From Carcharhinus amblyrhynchos (taxonomy: Eukaryota), in NCBI GenBank assembly GCA_965287045.1, contig OZ336897.1:11036001-11100000 (forward strand): 64,000 bases of DNA. The letters run 5' to 3'. Numbering within the stretch: the first letter of the stretch is position 1; each line of letters starts with the position of its first letter. Both the position numbers and the translations under genes were made by a program. Of this stretch, positions 37,409 to 51,433 are shown in pieces. The notes beneath the pieces are model-generated. The model was not told the origin of the DNA, did not search any database, and saw only the letters and a list, made by a program, of their open reading frames with translations.

Positions 37409-37716
37409 AAATTTAAGTTTTTTTTAATTTATTCATCACAAGTAAGCTTACATTAACACTGCAATGTGAAAATCCATTAGTCGCCACGCTCCGGGGTCTG
37501 CTCGGGCACACTGAGGGAGAATTCATCATGGCCAATGCACCTAACCAGCATGCCTTTCAGAACTGTGGGAGGAAACCGGAGCACCCAGAGGAAACCCATG
37601 CAGACATGGGGAGAATGTGCAGAATCTGCACAGACAGTGATCCAAGCCGAGAATCGAACTTGGGTCCCTGGCACTGTGAGGCAGCAGTACTAACCACTGT
37701 GCCACTGTGTTGCCCC
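37409..37716 (-). mobile_element. HE1-like V-SINE, tail type A
   Basis: Full head ggggcaacacagtggcacagtggttagtactgctgcctcacag, V-domain, and type-A tail. Lies 240 bp from the MAP2K5 exon donor. Confidence 0.9.
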
Positions 37717-37955
37717 CTTTCTTACTAAAAATAGGCACAAAAATGAATAGACAAATAGATCTTTCAAATAAAATGTATGTAAAATAAAAAAAACTGGGCT
37801 AAACTCTTTGATTATTTATCGATTAAGGTTAAAAATCACAAAAATTGTGATATGTTGTTAGGGCAGTATCAAATTCTTTTAGGTCTTGCTTGAATTTGTG
37901 AATGTTGCTCAACAATCAAATAATTTCAAAGTTCTAAATAAATTGGGTGACTTAC

Positions 37956-38001
37956 CATGAGCTCTTCAGGTGCAGGCCTTTCTGTTGACAACTTCCTCAT
38001 G
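37956..38001 (-). CDS. MAP2K5: MAP2K5 penultimate coding exon (46 bp): (C)MRKLSTERPAPEELM
   Basis: Acceptor ttgcttaccacag| and donor |gtaagt. Matches MEK5 CMRKQPKERPAPEELM. The split Cys codon tg|c joins the exon at 42775. Confidence 0.96.
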
Positions 38002-38774
38002 CTGTGGTAAGCAAACACAGTAATTATTTCATAATCCTTATGAATTCTGAAATATGATCATAGTTTCACAGCTTAACAGAGAGATTATAGTCTTCCAAAG
38101 TTTTAAATGTATGTCAATTTTTTTGATTTTCTACTTTCAAAAAATTGGCCCTGTAACAACTGGCATTTGGTACAGTTTTGTGTCCAATTTTGGTGACACT
38201 CATACAAAAGCCTGTCAAACTTGCCTATGTCAACAGCAGGTGTTTGGCCATTAACAAGCAAATAAGAGCCCTAACACCCATTTCTGCCACCACCGCACCC
38301 CACCAACCCCTCCCCCACCCCTCATACTTATATTTGCATCTGAGCAGCCAGCAACAGTGCTAAAACTAAAGCCAGGCAGCACAGAATTAAAATGAATTAA
38401 ACCTCATTTTTGATTCCATCCTTCGGGACTCCCCAACTACATCTACAAGATTCACATTCAGTGCTCTCGTCCCTGCAATTCTGCAGACTCCCATGATCAT
38501 CATTTTGCTTCCCAATCGCAGACAACCCTCTGTTGACAATCATTACATTCCATTCCTTCTTCAGACCACCACAAACTTCTTTCCCAACAAACCTCCATCA
38601 TCCAGCTATTCTTCCTATAGACTCCAGCAATCTTCTTTCTCAATCCCTGACAACATTCCAATAACATTTCAAAGCCCAGTTATTTCTCCTTCAAGGTCCA
38701 GTGATCTTATTAATAACTTATGTGAACCTTGATACATACATCTGTGCAGGCTCCTACTACTGCCCGAATTTAGG

Positions 38775-39140
38775 CGAGGCAGTGACGTAGTGGTATTGTC
38801 ATCGGAATAGTAATCCAGAGACCTAGGACAAGATCTGGGGACCAGACTCAAATCCCACCATGGCAGATGGTGAAATTTGAATGCAATAGAAAAAAGTTTG
38901 GAATGGTCTAATGATGATCATGAAAACCATTGTTGATTTGTCATGTAAACCCATCAGGATCACTAATATCCTTAAGAAAAGGAAATCTGCCATCCTTACC
39001 TGATCTGGTGTGCATGTGACTCCAGATCTACAGCAATGTGGTTGATTCTCAAATGCCCTTTGAAGTGAAGGGCAGTTAGGAATGGGCAGTAAACACCAGC
39101 CCAGTCAGCAAAAACCACATACTGTAAATTAATTTTTAAA
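38775..39140 (+). mobile_element. Shark tRNA-derived SINE (same family as 5340 and 11790)
   Basis: gaggcagtgacgtagtggtattgtcatcggaatagtaatccagag...ctcaaatcccaccatggcagatggtg...gtgactccagatctacagcaatgtggttga...gggcagtaaa. Confidence 0.85.
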
Positions 39141-40562
39141 AATCTATATTACAATGAGCTCTGAGGCCCAAAGCTCCAGACATCTTGCACATCCCCATAC
39201 TGGAGTTAGCACTCAGTGGACAAGATGGCCAAAATGGAACTAAATTTTTAGACCTACTACTTTTGTTACACTATTATTTTTATTTAATTATTTTCTGGAG
39301 TGAACAAGGAAAGCATCACTCACGAGTCATCAGTGTTTAAATGATGGGTATCATCGAATAGACCACATACAGATTCGCCTAATCAAAAAGTTAGGAAAAT
39401 TGACTTCTCAAAAAAAGTTTTAAAAAATTACTTTAAACGACAGTGGCACTGTACCTTACAGAAAGACCCTATTTAGGTCCCTTGCTTTTGCTGAATTTGT
39501 TGACCCAAGCTGAATTAGCTAGGAGGACAATGCCACAAGTGGCTTGGGACTCTATGTTTGGAAGCAGGAAAGTATATACTCAGAAAACACTATTAATTGA
39601 TATTCGCTAACTCTGGAAAGGGAAATTATGTGTAGGTAGACTTGGCGCTCATGCCCTTCACAGAGAAACATAATAAAAGGATCTCACATAAATGATGGGT
39701 GATGAAAAACTGTTCACACTACAGGAGCTATCCCAGTGAGGGGGAAAATTTCAGTGAAAATCGTTAAGGAGGTGAAGTTTTGAAGTTAAAATCAAAAGTT
39801 TAAGAATGGGGACAATTAATACAATGAAGCATTGAATTTAAAGATGTTCCCACATAGAAGATTAAAATATTATCTCAATCATGAAAATAAATAGGTTAGG
39901 GATGAATCTGTGGTCGTGCAAACTGTGCATAGTCTGCTAAATGTAGGGTGAAATGCCTGTACCTATTCCATACACGATGAACTAGGTTTTCCAGTCAGTG
40001 GTGAAGCCTCAGCTAAAAAAGGGAGCAGAGGAGCCACAGCTATGGGCTGGGTGGAGAGAAGGAAAGGAATGCCAACAGAGAGCGGAGGATATACAGTCTG
40101 GTGGAGAGATGAGCTGGGGGAAATCGGGAAAAATATTTTTATTTCCAGTTAGCAATATAATTGTAATAAGCATCTGGAGGGGTTACTACACATAGCTGTG
40201 GTTAATAGCCCGTGTAAGTTGTGAGCAAACAGGCAAAGTTTTCTAATTAATGACTCCTGCCACTTTTAAGAATAGAAACTGCAGGACCATCATCGTGGGC
40301 TCCTGTGTAGCCCAGACAAGCGCACTGCAATTTCTGGATTTCAGTACATGTGAACTTGTCATGTCTTGTGGTGCTGTTGCATTCCTTAATAGCAGTGAAC
40401 TTCTCTGCGTTCATCACCACTGGGTTCACAAAATCTGGGCCAATCTGTTTATATGGTATAAAGAGGCCTTGGTCTAAAGATCAATGCTCCCACCCTCTTC
40501 AGTGTACCAATCCTGCTAAGTGGACAGATTCCTCACTATCAGTGCTATTCCTGAGCTTGCCA

Positions 40563-40881
40563 AGAATCACAGAATCCCTACAGTGCAGAAGGAGGCCATT
40601 TGGTCCATCGAGTTTGCACCGACCACAATCCCATCTTCCCCATTCCCGTAACCCCACATATTTACCCTGCTAATCCTCCTGATGCTAACGGGAAACTTAG
40701 CATGGTCAATCAACCTAATCCACACATCTTTGGAGTGTGGGAGGAAACTGGAGCATTCGGAGGAAACACACACTGACACAGGGAGAACGTGCGAACTCCA
40801 CACAGATAGTGACCCAAGGCCAGAATCAAACCCTGGCGCTGTGAAGCAGCAGTGCTAACCACAGTGCCACCATGCTGCCCC
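40563..40881 (-). mobile_element. HE1 SINE, tail type B (CR1/HER1-derived tail)
   Basis: Head ggggcagcatggtggcactgtggttagcactgctgcttcacagc, V-domain, and tail ...aaatggcctccttctgcactgtagggattctgtgattct. Confidence 0.92.
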
Positions 40882-41099
40882 AACAGGAGGTTCCAAATAG
40901 CAATTGTCCGTCTTGTATGCTTAGTTCCAACCCTTCCACAATTTCATAAATTTGCCACGAGTAATCACAGGAACAGTTCTATAGCTCACTCTCTGCAGCA
41001 CAGCGCACATTCAGCAAAAAGATAAATCCATAAAATGAGTCCTGGTTAGAAGGTTTTGGTAGTAAGTAGTGTCAATTTTCTTTCCTCAATATTCCGCTC

Positions 41100-41455
41100 T
41101 TTAAGATGGTCGATGTTTCTACAGATATCAGCTGCATTCTGGAAATACCTATACTTCACGTGCAAGCCTGGATAGGCAATGCTGGTGGGCGAATTGATCA
41201 CGAAGAGACAAGCCCAATTCCATCCGCATCTGATGTTTATATACATACACATTTTACACTGGAGGTAACTGTATGGCAATTAGCAATGGGAATCCAGGTA
41301 GACTTTCTCCCCCTTCTCAGCCTGGGGACAAAGGAACCAACTGTCATGTTCTTACTGTTGTCCCTGCAGAGATCATCACAGGACAATCAAATCTTAGACC
41401 TTGGATTTGTATGGCTCAATAGCACACCTAATGGGACACTTACCCATAGTCTTGG
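41100..41455 (-). mobile_element. Degraded LF-SINE-like element
   Basis: The minus strand reads ...gggtaagtgtccc...ttgagccatacaaatccaaggtc...gatctctgcaggg, similar in style to 16140-16412. Confidence 0.4.
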
Positions 41456-42774
41456 AGAGGAAACGTAAAAAAAAGTTTAAAGATGTTCTATAAAATTGCA
41501 ACTGAAATAATAATGCAGGATACAAATGAAATCGACATATGCAAACCCTGCCTGTGCTTAGAATAAACTTGTAAGTAAATCACACTTTCAAGACTGTGCT
41601 GCATAATTTCTGGACAGAATAGAAAAATGCTACACCAATCCTAGGAGAATTAAGGAAAATGCAATTCCATCTTTAGAATTCTCAAATTCCCACAAGTTGC
41701 ACTGCACAACTCTTCCAAAATCGACAAGCGAAATATTCACTTTTTTTTAACCACTGGGGTCAAAACTTCTTAAAAAACAAAATTAAAAATAATCTGCATG
41801 TTTTTTCAAAATAGCATTTCCTTATATTTTATATTTTTTGGGAGGGAGATCCACACAAAAGATGACAGCTGTGATATCACTATTACTGCCATCTGCTTTA
41901 ATTACATTTATTTCATGTACTTGCACTTTACGAGGGGGCTGGGATATGTAAAAGAACTGGGTTGGTTTTTCAATACTGTATTTGTTTAATTTTTTAAAAA
42001 TCTGAAATGGGAAAGGGATAATATCTTCACTGTGAATGATTTAAAAAATTATGAACTAAACCCTTCAGCAAAATTGTACGCTCTTTAAAATAATTCAATA
42101 AAAAGTTTATTTCTTTTTGCATCAAAACATCTTTTAATGTTTTTATAATACAGGGATTGTTTTCTGTGAAATGCAAGTGTCATTTGAGGCAATGTATTCC
42201 CATAACATCTTATGCTAATAAAGGATGACACTCGAAAAATTAACAGACTCGAGTACTAAACAAGAAGCATAGTTATAAACCATTAACTATCGCAGAGGAC
42301 AATTTGCTGTCTCCATAAACAAACATATGCACCTCTGGAATAATGCACCCATTAGCAAGCAATTCAAGCTGTCTAAAGACTTGTTTGGTAACGGTCCTAA
42401 TCTATGATTCCAAAGTAGCTGCTTCTCCAGGGAAAACAAAGCTATTACCCACTATCATTTAGGTTTCAGCTTGACATCTGTGAACATTTCACACCAGTTA
42501 CCCCTCCTTCCCCTTTTTAAAACTTTTATGTGACATCTGATAATTTCAAAAGCTGCTCCATGTTACGGTGTCGTATGACCTTCCATGTAAGTAACATTCA
42601 CAGAAATTAGGCAACTGTATTCTTTTCCTTCTTTGCTATCCATCTGTTCACGGCCCATAGTCCCTCCCTGTCTATGGAAAGACGGAGGAGAGCCATAAGG
42701 TCTCCTAGAGTCTGAGAGCTAATGGAATGTATCATTTACACTGAGGAGATGGCATGTTTGCAAACTGAGCTTAC

Positions 42775-42836
42775 CACTGAGTGATGAAATGTACAAATGG
42801 CTCAGAAAACACTCCAACCGGAAGGACTGGTGGATC
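42775..42836 (-). CDS. MAP2K5: MAP2K5 coding exon (62 bp): DPPVLPVGVFSEPFVHFITQ(C)
   Basis: Acceptor tccttcccag| and donor |gtaagc. Matches MEK5 DSPVLPVGEFSEPFVHFITQC. Confidence 0.96.
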
Positions 42837-42865
42837 CTGGGAAGGAGTAAAACAAAGAATATGAG

Positions 42866-42935
42866 TGAGTGAGAGAGAGCCAGAAAGGGGAGAGAGGGAG
42901 AGAGAGAGAGATAGTGAAGAGAGAGAGAGAGAGAA
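42866..42935 (+). repeat. (GA)n microsatellite, i.e. a (TC)n pyrimidine tract upstream of a MAP2K5 acceptor
   Basis: Imperfect GA repeat 30-100 nt from the 42836 acceptor. Confidence 0.85.
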
Positions 42936-44849
42936 AAATCAAAGAAAAAAATAATTATTTTAGTTACATTAAATTTTTCTGACAAATTGAGTAACTCCAC
43001 ACAGCTGCTTTGACTTCAAACCTGAACCTTTTAGAGAAGGCTATTGATTGAATTTTTAACTTAAATGTCTTTAGTTGGAATTTGGTCATCTATATTGTTA
43101 ATATAAGTCAATCAATTCTCATTTCAAGAGGATAATTACCAGGCTTTAATGCAAATACAGTAATACTGTGCACATGATTCAATTATTTTGCTATCTAAAC
43201 ATACAAGCATTTTCTTTAATTTTAAACATGGTTAAATTAGTCATATCACAAAGTACAAGCATTTGCCCCAAAAGGTTATTTTAAAACTTACATTTACATA
43301 ACTTTAAACTTGAACAGTTCACTAGAATCAGTCACAATCATTAATTTACAAAGAAGCTACTCAGAAAAAAATTAGACATGTTCCAAAAATAATCAAGTTG
43401 CTGACACATAATTGGTTTACTAACTGAGGTCCCAGTAAAACTATAAAAAGATGTACCATTACAATTATAAGCAGTTACTGCAGCAGCCAATTTAAAGGCA
43501 GCAAAATGATTGCACCACCCAGTGCATAACAAAAAACCTCAGATGCAATTCCTTTGCAATTTCAACAAAAAAGACTCAAATCGTGCAGAATTATGCGCAG
43601 AAATTTCTTAAAATTAAGATCCGCAGGAGTTTAATGGCTGCCTCATCAAATTTGCAATTGCTGAAGAACAGCAGAATATAAAAGGCAGCTGGAAGTGACT
43701 GCATTTTCATCTGTTCTCATTTTTCCATTAAAAATACCTTTTGGCTGCATTCTTCGTGACATCCCTGTTAAAACTACCCAGCAAAGTATGATACATGCAC
43801 CTATTTAAATTAACAAAGAGATGACTTATTTTAATCTCACAGTGCTTTGGACTGCTTCAGCCATTTGGATGAGCAATATATCATTACATACAACCTTTCA
43901 ATGCTTCAGGCAAAACTCAATGTGTGTAGCATTTGGTAGGAGCCAAACAATTTCTCTACTATATAACTGTGTCAAATGCATGCGTGTATTCATTACGGAA
44001 AGAAAGAGAAAGGTGTGCGTGTGGTGGGGGTGGGGGGGGGAGTGGTTTGAAAGAGATCTTTGATGTGTTGAAAAAACGACATGAAAAGCACCTCTGCAAT
44101 TTGTGTGCTTCATTATCAATGGTAGCAAATAGATACAATCAGAGCTTCAAATGTGATTAGTAAATATACATGTAATTGCCGTAGCCAATTACAACTTCAA
44201 ATTATCAGAAAAATGAGATCAGTAATTACAAGGGAGAAAATTAAGTAGATCTCTCATCTGAGCTTTGTCTCCGATTCATACAACAGGAGGCTGCTGGAAG
44301 AATACAATCAAATCAGAAAAGTAAATTGGGTGGGGGGGTGGTGGTTGGGGGGAATAAGGTAAGAAAAGTCAGTGAATAAAAACCTATTTGACACTGAACA
44401 TCACAGTCTCAATCTTTTTGGTCTAACATTACACTGGGGTTTATGATTGGGCCATGAGCACAGGCTGAGACATCTCCAACAGTAGGATTGAGGTCATAAT
44501 GCTGGCAGACCTCCATCTCTATGGATGCATTTTAGTGTACCCATATATCTACTGATTTTCTTTGTTGGTGAGTTATTTAAATTTCTTCTTCGTTACTGTC
44601 AGCAAGCAATCACTGTCCCTGGCAACCAGGTAAATGCAGTTGCCAGCATGAATTAAAGGAATATGAAAATGACTAATCACGAAGCATATTGCCCACATTT
44701 TGGCTTTGGCTTGTACATCTTTAAGAGGTGCACTTCCAGCCAGGAAGTTTTCCTGACAACAAATGAGTCAGGACCTTTACTATTGTATGCACAATAATCA
44801 GAACACAGAAAGGTGAAATATCATACCAAACTATTCTTTAGCTATTTGT

Positions 44850-46670
44850 TGCTATTTGTTTAAAGAATGTGCAGGAACAGAAGGACTTGGAGTCCATGCA
44901 CCTGGAGTTTTGAAAGTGGATGGACGTAATAAAAGAGTGGTTAGCAAAATGCATATGATCATAAGCAAGAGTACCTGTACTGTGGACAAAAGCAGGGAGG
45001 TTGTACTGAATGTCTGTAAAGTTCTGGTTAGGTCACAACTAGAGTATTGCATGCAGTTCTGGTCACCACATTTTAGGAAAGGTGGGGGAAGTGGAGGCTT
45101 ACCAGAATAATTCCAAGAATGGGGGAGTTTTAGCTTCCAGGCAAGGTCAGAGAAGCTGAGATTGTTCTCCTAGCTTTGAGTAAAGGAGATTGAGCAAAGG
45201 AGATTAAGCAAAGATTGACAAAGGTGTACAACATTTTGACATGTTTGGATAAGGTAGACAAGGAAAGACTGCTCCTATTAGCTGATAGTACAAAGACTAG
45301 GACTCTCAGATTTAAAGTAAGAGGTCTAAGCCACAGAAAAGGCCCTTTGGCCCATCGCATTTGTGCCAGTCAAGAACAACCCTCACCATTCTAATCCCAT
45401 TTTCCAGCACATGATCCATAGTCTTGTATGCTTTGGTATCCTGTGCACATCTAAATATTTCTTAAATGTTTTAAGGGTCTTTGCCTCCACCACACTTTCA
45501 GGCAGAGAGTTTTGTACTCCTGCCACCTTGTGGGTGAAAAAGCTTTTTTCTCACATCTCCTCTAAACATCCAGCCCCTCACCTTAAATCTATGCCCCCGA
45601 TCATTGATTTCTCTGCCAAGGGGAGAAGTTTCTTCCTGTCTACTCTATCTATGCCCCTCATAATTTTATACATCTCAATTATGTCCCTCTCAGTCTCCGC
45701 TGGTCCAAGGAAAATAATTAATCTATCCAAGCTCTCTTCATAACTAAATCTCTCCAGCCCAGCACCATCCTGGTAAATCTCCTTTGCATCTTTCTGGTGC
45801 GATCACATAGCTCCTCATGTGGATTCCAGGACTGCACACAATACTCTAGCTGAGGCCAAACATATGTTTCAACATAACCTCCCTGCTCTTAAGCTCAATC
45901 CCTCAGCTAATAAAGGCAAGTATACAATATGCCTTCTTAACCACTTTATCCATTTGTCCTACTAACTTAAGGGACCAGTGTATGTGCACATCAAGGTCCC
46001 TCTGAACCTTGGTGCTTCCCAGGATCCATGCCATGTTTGTCCTGTCCAAGTGCATCACCTCACACTTACCTGAATTGAATTCCATTTGCCACTGATCAGC
46101 CTATCTGACCAGCCCATCTATATCCTTCTGTAATGTAAGGCCATCATCCTCCTCACCATTTACCACCTCGACAATTTTCGAATCATCTGTGAACTTACTG
46201 ATTAATCCTCCTATATTCAAGTCTAAATTTATGTAAACCACGAAAGCAAGGAGCCCAACCCTAATCCCTATGGGATCCCACTGGACATAGACTTCCATCA
46301 GAAAAACATCCCTCAATCATCACCTTCTGCTTCCTGCCACTCAGCTAATTCTGGATCCAATTTGCCAAATTTCCTTGGATCCCATGGGCTCTTACCTTTG
46401 TCATCAATCTCGCATGTGGGATCTTATCAAAAACCTTGAAGATGGGATGTGTGGAAACTTTTTTACACAGCAAATGATAATGTCCAGGAATTCCCTGCCA
46501 ATCAGACTGGTAGGAACAGAGGCAATCAAGGATTTTAAAAGGAAATTAGGTGAGCGTGAAAGAAATAAACTTTCAAGGCTCTAGAGATAATGAGAGAGGA
46601 ATGGGATTGATTGGATGCTCAATGAAGAGTTGGTATAGACCTGGTGGGCTGAATGGCTTTTTTCTGAGCC
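44850..46670. mobile_element. Nested CR1s: a plus-strand CR1 (44850-45325 and 46440-46670) interrupted by a minus-strand CR1 (45325-46440)
   Basis: The plus strand reads KVLVRSQLEYCMQFWSPHFRK..., breaks at ...agatttaaagtaagagg and resumes with NFFTQQMIMSRNSLP. The insert translates on minus as ISKFTDDSKI and MEFNSGKCEVMH. Confidence 0.8.
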
Positions 46671-46841
46671 ATAAATTAATTTAGCCTCTAATTCTGCAAG
46701 CAAAATGGGAATGATGAGAATAATGGTGTTAGAGTTGAAACTGATGTAGTAATGGAAGAACGAAAATGCATTTATTTAACACTGCATCATATCTTGTAGA
46801 ATATCCCAAAGTGCTTCACATACAATGAATTACTTTGAGGT

Positions 46842-48977
46842 AGAACACAGAACATTACAGCGCAGTACAGGCCCTTCGGCCCTCGATGTTGCGTCAATCA
46901 GTGGAACCAATCTAATGACCCTCTAGCCTAAACTATTCTAATATCATCCATATGTCTATCCAATGACCATTTGAATGCCCCTAAAGTTGGCAAGTCCATT
47001 ACTGCTGCAGGCAGGGCATTCCACGCCCTTACTACCCTCTGAGTAAAGAACCTACCTCTGACATCTGTCCTATACTTATCATCCCTCAATTTAAAGCTAT
47101 GCCCCCTCATTTTAGCCATCACCATCTGAGGAAAAAGGCTCTCGCTGTCTACCCTATCTAATCCTCTGATCATCTTGTATGCCTAATTTAAGTCACCCCT
47201 TAACCTTCTTCTCTCTAACGAAAACAACCTCAAGTCCTTCAGCCTTTCCTCATAAGACCTTCCCACCATACCAGGCAACATCCTGGTAAACCTCCTCTGC
47301 ACCCTTTCCAATGCTTCCACATCCTTCCTATAATGTGGCGACCAGAATTGTACACAATACTCTAACTGTGGCCACACCAGAATTTTGTACAGCTACAACA
47401 TGATCTCATGGCTCCGAAATTCAATCCCTCTGCCAATAAAAGCTAACACACCGTATGCCTTCTTAACAATCCTATCAACCTGGGTGCCAACTTTCAGGGA
47501 TCTATGCACATGGACACCGAGATCTGTTTGCTCATCCACACTACCAAGAGTTTTTCCATTAGCCCAATACTCCGTAATCCTGTTACTGCTTCCAAAATTA
47601 ATCACCTCACACTTTTCCACAATAAACTCCATTTGCCACCTTTCAGCCCAGTTCTGCAGCTTATCTATGCCCCTCTGCAAACTGCAACATCCATCCGCAC
47701 TGTCCACAATTCCTCCGACTTTAGTGTCATCCGCAAACTTACTAACCCATCCTTCTACACCCTCATCTAGGTTATTTATAAAAATGACAAACAGCAGTGG
47801 CCCCAAAACAGATCCCTGCGGTACACCACTAGTAACTGAACTCCAGGTTGAACATTTCTCATCAACTACCACCCTCTGTCTTGTTTCAGCTAGCCAATTC
47901 CTGATCCAAACCGCTAAATCACCCTCAATCCCATGCATCTGTATTTTCTGCAGTAGCTTACCATGGGGAACCTTATCAAATGCTTTACTGAAATCCATAT
48001 ACACCACATTAACTGCTTTACCCTCATCCACCTCTTTGGTCACCTTCTCAAAGAACTCAATAAGGTTTGTGAGGCACAACCTACACTTCACGAAACCGTG
48101 TTGACTATCCCTAATCAAATTATTTCGCTTTAGATGATTATAAATCCTATCTCTTGAAATCCTTTCCAAAACTTTGCCCACCACAGAAGTAAGGCTCACT
48201 GGTCTATAATTTCCAGGATGGTCTTTACTCCCCTTCTTGAACAAGGGGACAACATTTGCTATCCTCCAGTCTTCTGGTACTATACCTGTAGACAATGATG
48301 ACATAAAGGTCAAAGGCTCTGCAATCTCCTCCCTAGCCTCTGAGAGGATCCTAGGATAAATCCCATCCTGCCCAGGGGACTTTTCTATTTTCAGGCTTTC
48401 TAGAATTGCTAACACCTCCTCCTTATGAACCTCAATCCCATCTAGTCCAAAAGCCTGTATCTCAGTAATCTCCTTGACAACATTGACTTTTTCCTGGGTG
48501 AAAACTGATGAAAAATATTCATTCAGTGCCTCTCCTATCTCTTCAGACTCTACACACAACTTCCCACTACTGTCCTCAGCTGGCCCTAATCTTGCCCTAA
48601 TCATTCTTTTATTCCTGACATACCTATAGGGTTTGCCTTGATCTTACCTGCCAAAGACTTCTCATGTCCTCTTCTGGCTCTTCTTAACTCTCTCTTTAGG
48701 TCCTTCCTGGCTAACTTGTAACTCTCCAGTGCCCTAACTGAGCCTTCACGTCTCATCGTTACATGTCTCCTTTTTCCTCTTCACAAGAGATTCAACTTCT
48801 TAAGAAACCACAGTTCCCTCACTCGACCACTTCCACCCTGCCTGACAGGTACATATTGATCAAGGACACAGTAGCTGCTCCTTGAACAAGCTCCACATTT
48901 CAACTGTGCCCATCCCCTGCAGTTTCCTTCTCCAACCTATGTATCCTAAATTTTGCCTAATCGCCTCATTATTTCCT
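46842..48977 (-). mobile_element. Second young 5'-truncated CR1 (HER1-like), same family as 24716-27036, with frameshifts
   Basis: ORF pieces 47393-48604, 47183-47377 and 46928-47173 are collinear with the 717-aa ORF and share the same 3' tail. It sits within a Deu-SINE-like remnant (46765-46840 and 49020-49455). Confidence 0.93.
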
Positions 48978-51433
48978 GGTAATCTGCTCTAATCTGCTGC
49001 CCACAACTCAAATTAAAAAGTAATCTGCTGTTGTTACATAGAAACATATGACAGCCATTTCGTGCATAAGGTAAGACAAACAGAAATGAGCTGAATAACC
49101 AATGTGCTTTTGCTAGTCAAGGGAAGGATTTTATCCCTTCCCTAGTCACAAACTTTGTGGCGAAAGAGATCAAGGAGTAAGGGGGAAGGTGGGATCAGGA
49201 TATTGAATTTGAAGATCAGGCATCATCAAAATGAATATTGGAGCAGGCTGGAAGGACCGAATGGCCTGGAAACTCATGCTTCTATTTTCTATGTTTCTAG
49301 GAATAGGCAGACTAGCTCCTGATCTAATGTCCCATCTCCAGGTCAGCACTTCTGACAATGCAATGTTTTCTCAGTACCATGTCAACAGTTCTGGAGTAGG
49401 ACTTGAACCCATGACCTCTAACTCAGAAGTGACCATGCAACCAACTGAGCCATTCTGATGTTTATTATTTTAGTATAATTTCAAGATGGAAGAAGAAAAA
49501 TTACCACAACACAAGAAAATCTGTGCACAAATACAATGCATTTATCTGAAATTTCTTTCTCTGTTACTTAAATGGGTTAATGCCACTGGTAAAATAGCAA
49601 GGAAAAAGGGATTTGCAAATATGTTAACTGTATGCTAAACTTGCCATAATGTCAATTCAAGGTCTCTACATTTAAGTAGATTCCATAAAATGCTGGTATT
49701 TTGCTGTATTTTTTAGAAGTGAATCTTTTTTTCTCCATTCTGATAATGGTATGCCAAAACTCACCTCAGTTAGTAACACTCATTTACCCAGCACTGCTAG
49801 GTATGTAAAAAAAAACAAACTGAAATGATATCCTTTATTGAGAGGTAATTCGGAATGGAGAGACCAGGAGCCAACAGAATTTAAAAATAGCTGGTTTAAG
49901 AATAATTAGGTTATTTGATAGGAAAAATTGTTTATCTTCAAGCGTGGCTAAGCACATGTGAGACCTGTGCCAAAAAGCCACACTTGAATGGAACCATAGA
50001 TAAGAATTGTCACACAATTAATAGCCTCAGTGTATTTTCCAATTTCTAAACTAAATGGCACACAGAGGATGCAAACATTGTCCGTTCTTTCCCAAAGCAC
50101 AATATTCACATTGTAAGGAGCTTTAATTTGCAGCAGCTTAAACACGTACTTGGTCAGCTTAAATTTAGGTGGCCCACTGAATTCCACATATTCAGCTAGA
50201 TTACAGAGAAGGGCAATGAAAAAATACTTTGAGTGATGCCTTTGCCATGTGAGTAATGAACAGTTCATGGAGGTCAACCCATTACAACTGAAACAGTTTA
50301 ATTATTAATTACCTGCAATCTATGAGCTAAAGGACAAGTTCAGTATGTTTAGTGTGTGGTAACACCAACTGGACTCTCTCTTGGCATTTGGTTATTAGCA
50401 CATGTCAGCAAAGTGCTCAGGCATAAAGAAAAAGGCACAGAGGCAGCAAACACACTTAATGTGTGTATTGAGAGAGGCCGCCAGAAAAAGGGTGGGGGGG
50501 AAGGGTTGGTTTAAAATCTCCCTGATGATCTGTTATAGCCTGTGTGCAAATTTTGTTATTTTACAGTGTAATCAATATTCTTTCGCCTCGGGGCGAGCAC
50601 AGTTGCAGTTTGTGAAAAATCTGGATAAAAATAATCAAACAATCAAGAATCTAGGGCCTCAGTGGTCATAAAGTGGCAAAGGAGGAGGAAGATGAGGCCG
50701 TGCAAGAAAAAATTATCTCACCAAGTTTGTGAGTAAGCTCAACCTTACAGGGCAAAAAAAACCCCACAGAAATTCATTAATACAAGTTATTTCTTAACAC
50801 AAAATGTCAGTTTGAGAACAGTGGAGCTCCGTCACCGTTTAGGGGCTATCTCTGGTCTCTTGTCAATTATAAGCTGAGGGAGCACAGCAGTACTCCTTCA
50901 TAGTGCTGAAATAACTAAGGCAAGGCAGCATGAAACAGTCACAATACCTGTCACACCAAAGGGAACTGATTCAAAGGAAAAAAAGCCTCTGAAATTAGTC
51001 AGCGTTCCTCTATTTTTTTTTCTTAGTCTCAAGCTTTTTTTTTATTGCTTTCATAAAATACCACGGCAAATAATCAAGCATGACCACTGACATCCTCTAG
51101 ATTGAGTTTTAGAGCCATTAAATGAGCTGAGCCTCTTGGGAAGGCTCCTGCTCAGGTTAGTCTAAAGGTAATTATTCAGCAATTCAAGCCATGGCTCTAC
51201 CTAGTTCCTGTACAGTGCCTGAATGGTGTTCATGGATAAGGTCAGGTTTGTGCTCGATATAGGTCTGGCATGCCTAGGCTCGATGGCTAAGAGGTTGCAT
51301 TGGGTGGCAAGCATAAGAGATTGTTTTGAGCAAAGAGCTTCATTAAGAAAAAAATGTGTATATTATATAAATAAAACTTTCCAGGCCATTAAGAATGACT
51401 TTAGAAGAGAAAGCACATAAGACGGTGCCTCAC

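Noticed and set aside
37660-37716. tRNA-like sequences at SINE heads
   Set aside because: They have A/B boxes but continue into SINE bodies and do not form complete cloverleaves, so they are not tRNA genes.
47385-48104. 239-aa plus-strand ORF, and similar ORFs at 24980-25392
   Set aside because: These are antisense shadow frames of the CR1 RT.
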